From NCBI GenBank assembly GCA_946055515.1, contig CAMGGA010000001.1, positions 21,813 to 85,812 on the forward strand: a stretch of DNA of 64,000 bases, read 5' to 3'. The DNA is from an uncultured Bacteroidales bacterium. Its GTDB lineage: Bacteria > Bacteroidota > Bacteroidia > Bacteroidales > Bacteroidaceae. Below, piece by piece: positions 1 to 9,029 of this stretch (the stretch's first letter is position 1; every line of letters starts with the position of its first letter). The notes under the pieces are model-generated. The model saw only the letters and a list, made by a program, of their open reading frames with translations. It made no database searches and had not been told where the DNA came from. Both the position numbers and the translations under genes were made by a program.

Positions 1-1
1 A

Positions 2-82
2 GGCCGACAACTCACGGACATGACGCTTGCAGAAATGGATGAAATCTGGGAAGAGGCCAAGCGCCAAGAAGCGCAGCACTAA
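2..82 (+). CDS. mazG: 3' end of MazG nucleoside triphosphate pyrophosphohydrolase (partial, begins before window)
   Basis: The frame from base 2 reads GRQLTDMTLAEMDEIWEEAKRQEAQH*, matching the characteristic MazG C-terminal LxEMDxxWxxAK motif. Confidence 0.75.
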   Translation, partial: GRQLTDMTLAEMDEIWEEAKRQEAQH

Positions 83-143
83 TCCCAAAGTGTCTTCCCT
101 TTGAGGTCTCTTTCCTATCTAAAAGAAATACTATCCTTTCTGC

Positions 144-1196
144 ATGTCCGAAATCTGCATCCCTGAGTCCTGCAGCGCGTGGGTCTGCTACCGGACGCCC
201 TACAGCAGTTCCTACACGCGGCTCATCCAGCACAACGCCCCGCTTCGTTTGTCTTCGCTCCAAGAGCTCCCCACCGAGGGAGGCTTCGTGGTGATGCCTT
301 TTGTCGTTTCGCCCGAATGCCCACTGCTCTTCATCGAACCCGACGAAGTTACCACGTTCCCGCTGGACCACCCATCCCATCTGCCAACGCCTCAACCGGT
401 TGTCACCGATGAGGCGGCACAACGAGAACACTATGCTCCCGCTTTTGCAGCCTGCAAGCGTGCACTGCAAGAGGGGCGAGTGGAGAAAGTGGTGCTCTCA
501 CGCAGATTGGGGGTGGAAACAAAACTTTGCAAGGCGCAAGCCTTCTTTCTCCGCGCCTGCCAGTTGCGCCCCGCAAGTTTTGTGGCCTTATGGCATACCG
601 AAGCCACCGGATGGTGGCTTGTGGCCACTCCCGAACCGTTGCTCGTGGGCGAGCACGGCCATTGGCGCACGGTGGCTCTCGCAGGCACTTTGCCTGTCGA
701 AGAGCACACTGTGCCCCGATGGAACGGGAAAAACCGACAGGAGCAAGCGCTCGTGGCGGACTTCATCGCGCAGCAGCTCAGCGGAATGGCAGAAAACGTG
801 ATACAATCGGAGCCTCACACGCTCCGCTCGGGCAATGTGCAGCACATCTGCACGGATTTTTCTTTCTCCCTACCCACTCCAGACCTTGTCCCCGCACTCC
901 TCCAGCGCCTCCACCCCACCCCCGCCGTGTGTGGGGTGCCCCGCGATGAAGCGATGCACACCATACTCGAAGCCGAGCCCACCCCGCGCCGCTACTATTC
1001 GGGCTTCTGCGGACCGCTCGGCCTGCAGGGAGAAACAAGCCTCTACGTGTCGCTCCGCTGCATGTCTTTCACCCATTCGTCAGCCACGCTCTATGCCGGC
1101 GGAGGCATTCTGCCCGAAAGCCTGCTGGAGGAGGAATGGGAGGAAACGCAGCGCAAACTGCTCACCATGGCGCTGTGCTTGGGCGCCACACTGTGA
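144..1196 (+). CDS. menF: Isochorismate synthase (chorismate-binding enzyme)
   Basis: Motifs KVVLSR, ATPE, ALAGT, KNRQEQ, LHPTPAVCG, YYSGFCG and LYAGGGI...EWEET; lies upstream of menD/menB. Confidence 0.92.
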   Translation: MSEICIPESCSAWVCYRTPYSSSYTRLIQHNAPLRLSSLQELPTEGGFVVMPFVVSPECPLLFIEPDEVTTFPLDHPSHLPTPQPVVTDEAAQREHYAPAFAACKRALQEGRVEKVVLSRRLGVETKLCKAQAFFLRACQLRPASFVALWHTEATGWWLVATPEPLLVGEHGHWRTVALAGTLPVEEHTVPRWNGKNRQEQALVADFIAQQLSGMAENVIQSEPHTLRSGNVQHICTDFSFSLPTPDLVPALLQRLHPTPAVCGVPRDEAMHTILEAEPTPRRYYSGFCGPLGLQGETSLYVSLRCMSFTHSSATLYAGGGILPESLLEEEWEETQRKLLTMALCLGATL

Positions 1197-1244
1197 GCGC
1201 TGCGCCTAAGCCGGTCCTGAGGAATGTGGGCCGCTTCGCTCCCC

Positions 1245-1504
1245 AGGTTGTCAGGTTATAGGGTTTCTGGCCAAGGGGTGTGCTTGAAGCACGATTAGGT
1301 GATAAGGGATTAGGTCATGAGGCTATGAAATTGCTGCTTGAGTGGCTACTTTAGCCCGTAACTTAAAAACCTCACGACCTGCGCAAAACGCAACACCTCT
1401 TACCTGCGCGAAGCACAACACCTCACAACCTTCTTATAAGCAACTTTGTCACCTCATCACCGAACCCTTTGTAACCCGAGAAAGGACCTTAGCCCCATAA
1501 CCCT
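1245..1504. repeat. Degenerate inverted array of 8-bp AGGTYRTG / CAYRACCT units between menF and menD
   Basis: Left half has aggttgtc-aggttata and aggtcatg-aggctatg. Right half has acctcacgacct, acctcttacct, acctcacaacct and acctcatcacc. It includes two ~25-bp tandem copies (acctcacgacctgcgcaaaacgcaac / acctcttacctgcgcgaagcacaac). Confidence 0.55.
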
Positions 1505-1523
1505 ACACCCCCACTGACGCTGC

Positions 1524-3155
1524 ATGTACTCCGACCACCATACACTCAACCAGCTCACCGCCCTGCTCCTGGCCCACGGACTCACCGACGTGGTGACCTG
1601 CCCGGGCTCGCGCAACGCCCCCCTGCTCCACAACTTCCACGCAGCGGGGCTCACGCTCCATCCCGCCACCGACGAGCGGAGTGCAGCCTTTGTGGCCTTG
1701 GGCATCACGTTGGCCACCGAGCGCCCCGCAGCAGTCTGCGTCACCTCGGGGTCTGCCCTCTTGGCCACCCTTCCCGCCGTGGCCGAAGCCTACTACCGCC
1801 ACCTCCCCTTGCTCGTCATCTCCGCCGACCGCCCAGCCCCTTGGATTGGGCAACTCGACGGGCAAACGCTTCCACAAGTGGGGGCCCTGCTCCCCTACTG
1901 CCCCACGCATGCGCTGATGGAAGGCACCGACGCGACAACGCTTTGGGGCAACAACCGCCTCATCAACGAAGCTATCCTTTCGCTCCAAGAACTTGGGGGT
2001 ACTCCCGCTCATCTCAACATTCCCCTGGCCGAACCGCTTTTCCACTTCCACGTGCCCGAGCTACCCGCGGAGCGCGTCATCGAGCGCATCCAGCCCCAGC
2101 CCGAACGCCCCCTGCCTGCCCGTCTCCTGAAAGAAATTGCCGAGGCACGGCTACCCATGTTGCTCTTCGGGCAATACGACCGCGGCGACCTGCGGGCCGA
2201 AGTGGAGACATTGGACCGCGAAGGGAAAATGCTCGTTGTGTCGGAAGTGCTTTCAGACGTTTGCGGCTCCTTCCGCATGAACGTTTTCGACGCCTTGGAA
2301 GCGGACCAAACCGACCTGCTCCCCGACCTCATTGTGCAAGTGGGCGGCAACTTTGTCCACAAGCGCTTCAAGCAACTGCTGCGCGCCTCGGACTGCCGCG
2401 TAGTGCGCATTGGCCTTGAGCGCGAACTACCCGACACCTTCTGCCGCCTCACCACGCAAGTCTGCGCCGCGCCCCAGCCCGTGCTTCGCCAGCTCGCAGT
2501 GTCCCTGCCGGGCCACCACGCCGGCGTGGAGCGAGCTCTCCGTTTCTACCGCAGCGCCTGCGAGCCTTTCGAACATCCCAACGCGGCCACACTGCCGCCC
2601 ATGCAGCGCGTGCTGCTACAGCTTCGCCAATTACTCCAGCGCCGCGCCGAACCCTACGCGCTCCACCTTGCCAACAGCAGTGCCGTGCGTGCCGCTGCCC
2701 GCATCTTCCCATCGGGCGAAGGCGGCCCCATCCTGGGCAACCGCGGCACCAACGGCATCGAAGGCAGCCTTTCTGTCGCCGTGGGTTATGCGCTGAAAAT
2801 GTGGGGCTTGAGCCTCGTCGTCACGGGCGACCTCAGTTTCTTCTACGATGCCAACGCCCTGTGGAACACCCGGCTTCCCTCGAACCTGCGCATTCTTCTG
2901 TTGAACAACCACGGCGGCGGCATCTTCCACCAGCTTCCTGGTCTCGAAGCCTCCCCCGCCCTCTCCGAATACATCGCTGCCGAAGGCCAGGACTTCACGG
3001 CACAGGGCATTGCTGCCGCCTTCCATCTCGGCTACACCCAGGCCACTTCCGACAGCCTCTCTGCCGCGCAGCTCGAAGCGTGGCTTGCCCCGTCCGAAAG
3101 GGCACAAATTCTGGAAGTAACCCTTCCGCTCCCTTCCTTATCCACCCCTTCCTAA
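1524..3155 (+). CDS. menD: SEPHCHC synthase (ThDP-dependent)
   Basis: Motifs CPGSRNAPL, DERSAAF, VTSGSA, SADRP, NRGTNGIEG, GDLSFFYD and NNHGGGIF. Confidence 0.96.
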   Translation: MYSDHHTLNQLTALLLAHGLTDVVTCPGSRNAPLLHNFHAAGLTLHPATDERSAAFVALGITLATERPAAVCVTSGSALLATLPAVAEAYYRHLPLLVISADRPAPWIGQLDGQTLPQVGALLPYCPTHALMEGTDATTLWGNNRLINEAILSLQELGGTPAHLNIPLAEPLFHFHVPELPAERVIERIQPQPERPLPARLLKEIAEARLPMLLFGQYDRGDLRAEVETLDREGKMLVVSEVLSDVCGSFRMNVFDALEADQTDLLPDLIVQVGGNFVHKRFKQLLRASDCRVVRIGLERELPDTFCRLTTQVCAAPQPVLRQLAVSLPGHHAGVERALRFYRSACEPFEHPNAATLPPMQRVLLQLRQLLQRRAEPYALHLANSSAVRAAARIFPSGEGGPILGNRGTNGIEGSLSVAVGYALKMWGLSLVVTGDLSFFYDANALWNTRLPSNLRILLLNNHGGGIFHQLPGLEASPALSEYIAAEGQDFTAQGIAAAFHLGYTQATSDSLSAAQLEAWLAPSERAQILEVTLPLPSLSTPS

Positions 3156-3167
3156 CTCCATTTCCCC

Positions 3168-3989
3168 ATGCAAACAAGACAATGGACCCCTATCAAGTCC
3201 TACCAAGAAATTCTCTTTGACTTCTTCGAAGGCATTGCCCGCATCACCATCAATCGTCCGCGCTACCGCAACGCTTTCACCCCGCTCACCGTAGCCGAAA
3301 TCTCCGATGCCCTGCGCTACTGCCGCGAGGCCCAGGAAATCTGCGTTGTCGTGCTCACCGGCGCCGGCGACAAAGCCTTCTGTTCGGGTGGTGACATGCA
3401 CGTGAAAGGCCGCGGCGGCTACGTGGGCGGCGACGGCGTGCCCCGGCTCAACGTGCTCGACGTGCAGAAGCAAATCCGTTCGCTTCCGAAGCCCGTTATC
3501 GCCATGGTCAACGGCTATGCCATCGGTGGCGGCCACGTGCTCCACCTCATGTGCGACCTCACGATTGCTTCCGACAATGCCATCTTCGGACAAACGGGCC
3601 CCAAGGTGGGTTCGTTCGATGCCGGCTTCGGCGCCTCGTACCTGGCCCGCATTGTGGGACAGAAGAAAGCCCGCGAAATCTGGTTCCTCTGCCGCCAGTA
3701 CTCTGCAGAAGAGGCCGAGCGCATGGGCATGGTCAATAAGGTCGTGCCCTTCGACCGCCTCGAAGACGAAGTGGTGGATTGGGCCAAAACCATGATGGAA
3801 CGTTCGCCCCTGGCCCTGCGTATGATCAAGGCGGGACTCAACGCCGAACTCGACGGACAAGCGGGCATCCAAGAACTGGCGGGCGACGCCACCATGCTCT
3901 ACTACATGCTCGACGAGGCCCACGAAGGCGGCCAGGCCTTCCTCGAAAAGCGCAAGCCCGATTTCTCCAAGTTCCCCAAGCTCCCTTAG
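3168..3989 (+). CDS. menB: 1,4-dihydroxy-2-naphthoyl-CoA synthase
   Basis: Motifs [52 protein letters not shown] and [10 protein letters not shown]. Confidence 0.98.
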   Translation: MQTRQWTPIKSYQEILFDFFEGIARITINRPRYRNAFTPLTVAEISDALRYCREAQEICVVVLTGAGDKAFCSGGDMHVKGRGGYVGGDGVPRLNVLDVQKQIRSLPKPVIAMVNGYAIGGGHVLHLMCDLTIASDNAIFGQTGPKVGSFDAGFGASYLARIVGQKKAREIWFLCRQYSAEEAERMGMVNKVVPFDRLEDEVVDWAKTMMERSPLALRMIKAGLNAELDGQAGIQELAGDATMLYYMLDEAHEGGQAFLEKRKPDFSKFPKLP

Positions 3990-4002
3990 TTCCTCCCCCG
4001 TC

Positions 4003-6060
4003 ATGCACTTCCTCCCCTTCCGCTTGCGCGTAGTGCCGCGCACCCTCCGTTTCAAGCAGCCCGCCGGCACCTCGCGTGGGGTCTACACCGAGCGCCGTGT
4101 CTGGTACATCGTGCTCACCTCGACCGACCCGCAAATCCATTTCACGGGGCTCGGCGAATGTGCGCCCTTGCCCGACCTGAGTTGTGACTACTCGGCAGGC
4201 TACGAGGCCGAACTGCGCCGCGTCTGTTCCGCCGTGGAAGAAGCGCAGGAGTTTGACCCCGAACGCCTCCGCCACCGCCCCTCCATGTTGCTCGGATTGC
4301 AAATGGCCTTCCGTTCTGCGGCGGGTTCGCTGCAAGGCGACTACCGCCTACTCTATCCTTCGCCCTTCACGCGGGGCGAAAGGCCGCTGCGCATCAACGG
4401 CCTCGTGTGGATGGGACGCTACGAAGAAATGCTCGAACGCATGGAGCAGAAGTTGGCCGCGGGCTTCCACTGTGTGAAGCTCAAAATCGGAGCCATTGAT
4501 TTTGAAGAAGAAATTTCTCTCATCCGTCGCCTGCGCCAGCGTTTCGATGCCGGGCAAATAGAACTGCGCGTGGATGCCAACGGAGGTTTCTCGCCGCAGG
4601 AGGCTCCGCGGGTGCTGGAACGCCTCGCAGTCTTCGACATCCACAGCATTGAGCAGCCCATCCGCCAAGGGCAATGGGAGGAAATGGCCCGCCTCTGTGC
4701 CGCCACCCCCCTCCCCATCGCGCTCGACGAAGAACTCATCGGCGTGAACGACCCCACAGAAAAAGCAGCGTTGTTAGACACCATTCGACCGCAGTACATC
4801 ATCCTGAAGCCCTCGCTCCACGGCGCATTCACGGGTGCCGCGGAATGGATGCAGCTGGCCCGCGAGCGGGGCATCGGCTACTGGACCACCTCGGCCTTGG
4901 AGAGCAACGTGGGCCTGAACGCCATCGCGCAGTGGTGTGCTGCCATCGACCCCGACTCCACGCTCCCGCAGGGCTTGGGCACGGGCCAGCTCTTTGTGGA
5001 AAACTACGAGGGCGCCGCGCTCTCGCTGGAAGGCGAAGCACTCTGGTACGGCACGCCGCAACAACGCGCTTACCGCCGCGAATGGAGTGATTTTCAAGAA
5101 AAATGGATTTCGCCCGAGCCCACACTCTCCGTTCACACCTCGGGCAGTACGGGCGCGCCGCGACCCATCGAGGTGGAGAAGGTGAAGATGTGGGCCAGTG
5201 CGGAGGCCACGCTGGCAGCGCTCTCGCTCCAGCCGGGCAACACGGCCCTGCTGGCCATGCCGCTCCGCTTTATCGCCGCAAAGATGATGGTGGTGCGCGC
5301 CATGGCGGGGGGCCTGCAGCTCATCCCCGTCGCGCCCTCGCTCCACCCCTACGCCACGCTCCACGAAGCCCCCGACTTTGCCGCCCTCACACCGGCCCAA
5401 GTGTTTGAATCGCTGCGCGTGCCCCACGAGCGTTCGCTCCTTCGTCGCACGCTCTGCCTCATCATCGGCGGCGGGGCCATTTCGCCCGAACTCGAGGCGG
5501 AACTGCAGCGTTTCCCCAACCCTGTGTGGAGCACCTACGGGATGACGGAAACGCTCTCGCACATTGCGCTCAGACGCCTCAACGGTCCCGATGCCTCGCT
5601 GCTCTACCGTCCGCTGCCGGGCGTGGAGGTATCGCTTTCGCCGCAGGGCACGCTGCAAATCGACGCACCCGAGATCTGTGCCAGCCGCGTGGTGACCAAC
5701 GACTTGGCCGATATCACGCCCGAGGGTCACTTCCGCATCCTTGGCCGCCGCGACAACGTGATTTGTTCGGGCGGACTGAAGCTGCAAATCGAGGTGCTGG
5801 AGGAAGCCCTCTCCGCGCTGCCCGTGCCTTTCCAGATTTCGCACGTACCCGATGCACGCTGGGGCGAAGCGGTCACGCTACTCTATGTGGCAGCGGCAGA
5901 CCGCGCGGAGGAGCTCGCCGCCTTCTGCCGCGAACACCTCGACCGCCACGCCCAGCCGCGCCACTTCCTCCGCGTGGACGCGCTCCCGCTGACGGAAACG
6001 GGCAAACCGGCGCGCCAGGCGGCCCGGGCCTTGGCCGAAAAGTTGCTCCGCGACGAATAG
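4003..6060 (+). CDS. menC-menE: Fused o-succinylbenzoate synthase (MenC) / o-succinylbenzoate-CoA ligase (MenE)
   Basis: The N-half has enolase-superfamily motifs KLKIG, LRVDANG, SIEQP, IALDEEL, ILKPSL and GLGTG. The C-half has AMP-binding motifs HTSGSTG, YGMTET, TND, GRRDNVICSGG and LPLTETGK. It is one continuous 685-aa frame. Confidence 0.92.
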   Translation: MHFLPFRLRVVPRTLRFKQPAGTSRGVYTERRVWYIVLTSTDPQIHFTGLGECAPLPDLSCDYSAGYEAELRRVCSAVEEAQEFDPERLRHRPSMLLGLQMAFRSAAGSLQGDYRLLYPSPFTRGERPLRINGLVWMGRYEEMLERMEQKLAAGFHCVKLKIGAIDFEEEISLIRRLRQRFDAGQIELRVDANGGFSPQEAPRVLERLAVFDIHSIEQPIRQGQWEEMARLCAATPLPIALDEELIGVNDPTEKAALLDTIRPQYIILKPSLHGAFTGAAEWMQLARERGIGYWTTSALESNVGLNAIAQWCAAIDPDSTLPQGLGTGQLFVENYEGAALSLEGEALWYGTPQQRAYRREWSDFQEKWISPEPTLSVHTSGSTGAPRPIEVEKVKMWASAEATLAALSLQPGNTALLAMPLRFIAAKMMVVRAMAGGLQLIPVAPSLHPYATLHEAPDFAALTPAQVFESLRVPHERSLLRRTLCLIIGGGAISPELEAELQRFPNPVWSTYGMTETLSHIALRRLNGPDASLLYRPLPGVEVSLSPQGTLQIDAPEICASRVVTNDLADITPEGHFRILGRRDNVICSGGLKLQIEVLEEALSALPVPFQISHVPDARWGEAVTLLYVAAADRAEELAAFCREHLDRHAQPRHFLRVDALPLTETGKPARQAARALAEKLLRDE

Positions 6061-6094
6061 CAGTTGGTTTCACTTGACAAAACGTTTCTCTTTC

Positions 6095-7954
6095 ATGCAC
6101 TCCATCGAACTTCTCTCTCCCGCCCGCGACCTCCAGTGCGGTCTCGAAGCCATCCGCCACGGCGCAGATGCGGTCTACATCGGTGGCCCGCAGTTCGGCG
6201 CACGTGCGGCGGCGGGCAATTCTGTCGAAGACATCGCCGCGCTCTGCGACTTCGCCCACCTCTTCCACGCCAAAGTCTATGTGACGCTCAACACCATTCT
6301 TTGGGACAATGAGTTGCCCGAAGTGGAGGCGCTGATTGGCGCACTCTACCGCGTGGGGGTGGACGCGCTGATCGTGCAGGACTTGGCGTTGCTCAAGCTG
6401 GACCTGCCGCCCATTGCGCTCCACGCTTCGACGCAGATGGACAACTGCACGCCGGAGAAGGCGCAGTGGCTCGAAGCGGCGGGGTTCCGGCAGATTGTAT
6501 TGGCCCGCGAAACGAGCATTGCACAAACGCGCCGCATTGCAGAAGCCGTCAGTGTGCCGCTCGAAGCCTTCGTCCACGGTGCGCTCTGCGTGAGCTACAG
6601 CGGCCGCTGCTATGCCTCGCAACATTGCTTCGGCCGTTCGGCCAACCGCGGCCGCTGCGCCCAGTTCTGCCGCCTGGCCTTCGACCTCGAGGACGCTGCG
6701 GGACGCAAACTCCTGAAGGACCAGCACCTGCTCTCGCTGCGCGACATGAACCGCACCGATGTGCTCGAGGAAATGATGGATGCGGGAGTGCGTTCGTTCA
6801 AGATTGAGGGAAGACTGAAGGATGTGGAATATGTGAAAAACGTGACGGCGTGGTACCGCCGCGCCCTCGACCGCATCCTGGAGCGGCGCAGCGACGATTA
6901 CGTGCGGACATCCTACGGCCGCTCCGAGCTTTCCTTCACGCCCGATGTGAGCCGCAGTTTCAACCGTGGCTTCACGGACTATTTCGCCCACGGGCGCACC
7001 GCGCAGCCCATCCACGCCTTCCACTCGCCCAAGGCCACGGGGCCGGAAGTGGGGCGCGTGGAACGGGTGGAACGCCGCGCCTTCCTGTTCCGCCCGCTCT
7101 CGCCCGACACGCCGCCGCTCACCGCGGGCGACGGCCTCTGCTTTCTGGGCCCGGACGGCAAGCTGGAAGGTTTCCGCGTGAACAAGGTGGAAGGCCACCG
7201 GGTGTTCCCCGCCAAAATGCCTGCGCTCTCGCCGGGCACCGTGCTCCACCGCAGCCTCGACTTTGCCTTCCATCTCCAACTCAGCAAACCGACCGCGCAG
7301 CGCACCCTGGCAGCGCAGCTCTGCCTGCGCGAGGTGGACGGGGGGTACGAATTGACAATGACAGACGAGACGGGGACCGCCGCCTCCCTCCGCTTCGACT
7401 ATCCCCACGAGGAAGCCCGCTCGCCACAGCGCGAAGCCCTCGTGCGCCAGCTCTCGAAGTTGGGCGACACGGTGTGGCGCGCAGAAGGCGTGGACATCCA
7501 GACCGAAGGCGAACGCTTCCTGCCGGCCTCTGTGGTTGCGCAGTGGCGCCGCGAGGTGTGTGAACGTCTGCGGGAACAGCACCGCGCTACCTACCACAGG
7601 GACACGCCCGCCCCGCTCCGGCCCGAACGCCTTGCCGCGCTCACACCGCAGCACGTGGACTTTACAGGCAACGTGGCGAACCGACTGGCACGTGACTTCT
7701 ACCTGGAACACGGGGCGCAGGAGGTGGACGCGGCATTCGAACTGGAAATGCCCCGCGGGCAGCAGGTGGTAATGACCTGCCGCCACTGCATCCGCCACGC
7801 GCTGGGCCGCTGCCTGAAAACGCACCCGAAGGAGGCGGAACCGCTCTTTCTGCGCCTGCCCGACGGCCGGCGGTTTCCCCTGCGCTTCGACTGCCGCCGC
7901 TGCGTGATGGAAGTGCTCACGGATACCCCGAAGCACACCCCGCTGCAGCACTGA
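6095..7954 (+). CDS. Peptidase U32 family protein with long C-terminal extension (RlhA-like Fe-S hydroxylase)
   Basis: Motifs ELLSPA, GADAVYIG, HASTQ, EAFVHGALCVSYSGRC, SANRGRCAQFCR, FKIEGR and FNRGFT. Start moved to ATG 6095. Confidence 0.88.
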   Translation: MHSIELLSPARDLQCGLEAIRHGADAVYIGGPQFGARAAAGNSVEDIAALCDFAHLFHAKVYVTLNTILWDNELPEVEALIGALYRVGVDALIVQDLALLKLDLPPIALHASTQMDNCTPEKAQWLEAAGFRQIVLARETSIAQTRRIAEAVSVPLEAFVHGALCVSYSGRCYASQHCFGRSANRGRCAQFCRLAFDLEDAAGRKLLKDQHLLSLRDMNRTDVLEEMMDAGVRSFKIEGRLKDVEYVKNVTAWYRRALDRILERRSDDYVRTSYGRSELSFTPDVSRSFNRGFTDYFAHGRTAQPIHAFHSPKATGPEVGRVERVERRAFLFRPLSPDTPPLTAGDGLCFLGPDGKLEGFRVNKVEGHRVFPAKMPALSPGTVLHRSLDFAFHLQLSKPTAQRTLAAQLCLREVDGGYELTMTDETGTAASLRFDYPHEEARSPQREALVRQLSKLGDTVWRAEGVDIQTEGERFLPASVVAQWRREVCERLREQHRATYHRDTPAPLRPERLAALTPQHVDFTGNVANRLARDFYLEHGAQEVDAAFELEMPRGQQVVMTCRHCIRHALGRCLKTHPKEAEPLFLRLPDGRRFPLRFDCRRCVMEVLTDTPKHTPLQH

Positions 7955-7994
7955 CACCTTGTTGTTTCACTCTATTTCTTTCCCCCAATTACCC

Positions 7995-9017
7995 ATGAAG
8001 CCCTTGCGTTTTCTCTGGACACTCTTGCTGACGCTCTCGCTGGAAGCCTGCTACTATTCCCACCCCAACGAGCCCGACCACTGGGCTGTGACGGAGGAGG
8101 GCATGGTGGACTCGGTCAACTTCTTCATCGCGCACCACTACTGGACGGGCTACAACTTCCAGGCGGTGGACTCGCTGTCGCTCGCGTCGCTGCCGCCGAT
8201 GGCCAAACAGGACGAGTATGCCCAGCTGCCCTTCGACAGCGTGAAAGTGGGCCGGGCGGACAAGCTCGTCGTGGCCCGCATCGTCAATGTGCCTTCGCAG
8301 GGGGCCGACTCGGTGTGGGTGAAGGTGGCACGCGACCAACTGACCCAGGGCTGGCTGCCCGAGCGCATCCTGCTCGAGCACGTGGTGCCCGACGACCCCA
8401 TCTCGAAGTTTATCTACCATTTCTCCGACAGCAGGTGGCTCTGGGTGCTCTGCGTGGCAGGGCTCGTGGTGTTCGGCATCCTGCTCCAGGTGTTCCGCCA
8501 CAAGCACTACCGCCTCGTACACTTCCGCGACATCCCCAGCTTCTACCCCACCCTGCTCTGCCTCTGCGTGAGCGGTTCGGCCACGCTCTACGGCAGCATC
8601 CAGCGCTTCGTGCCCGCTACGTGGGTGGAGTTTTATTTCCACCCCACGCTCAATCCTTTCAGCGCAGAACTGCCCCTCATTCTCGCGCTCTTCATTGCCT
8701 CAGTCTGGACCATGCTCATCGTGGCCGTAGCGGTAGTCGACGAACTGCGCCGACAGCCCGACCTGGGCGACCGCCTGGCTTTTCTCACCTCGCTCGGGGG
8801 CGTCTGCATGGTGCTCTACCTGGTGTTCACGCTGACCACGCCTTTCTACGTGGGCTACGCGCTGCTGGTGGCCTACTGGGGGTTCGCCATCCGGCAATAC
8901 CTGCTCCACCAGCCCACTCACCTGCTCTGCGGTGTCTGCCACCACGCCATCCCCGGAGAGGGGCGCTGCCCCAACTGCGGCGCGATGAACTTGTTCAACC
9001 CTCCCTCCAAATCCTAA
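7995..9017 (+). CDS. Membrane protein with lipoprotein-like signal and C-terminal zinc ribbon
   Basis: Hydrophobic N-terminus ending LEAC, about five TM segments, and C-terminal CGVC...CPNCG; codon usage like its neighbours. Confidence 0.75.
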   Translation: MKPLRFLWTLLLTLSLEACYYSHPNEPDHWAVTEEGMVDSVNFFIAHHYWTGYNFQAVDSLSLASLPPMAKQDEYAQLPFDSVKVGRADKLVVARIVNVPSQGADSVWVKVARDQLTQGWLPERILLEHVVPDDPISKFIYHFSDSRWLWVLCVAGLVVFGILLQVFRHKHYRLVHFRDIPSFYPTLLCLCVSGSATLYGSIQRFVPATWVEFYFHPTLNPFSAELPLILALFIASVWTMLIVAVAVVDELRRQPDLGDRLAFLTSLGGVCMVLYLVFTLTTPFYVGYALLVAYWGFAIRQYLLHQPTHLLCGVCHHAIPGEGRCPNCGAMNLFNPPSKS

Positions 9018-9029
9018 ATTCCTCTCCCA

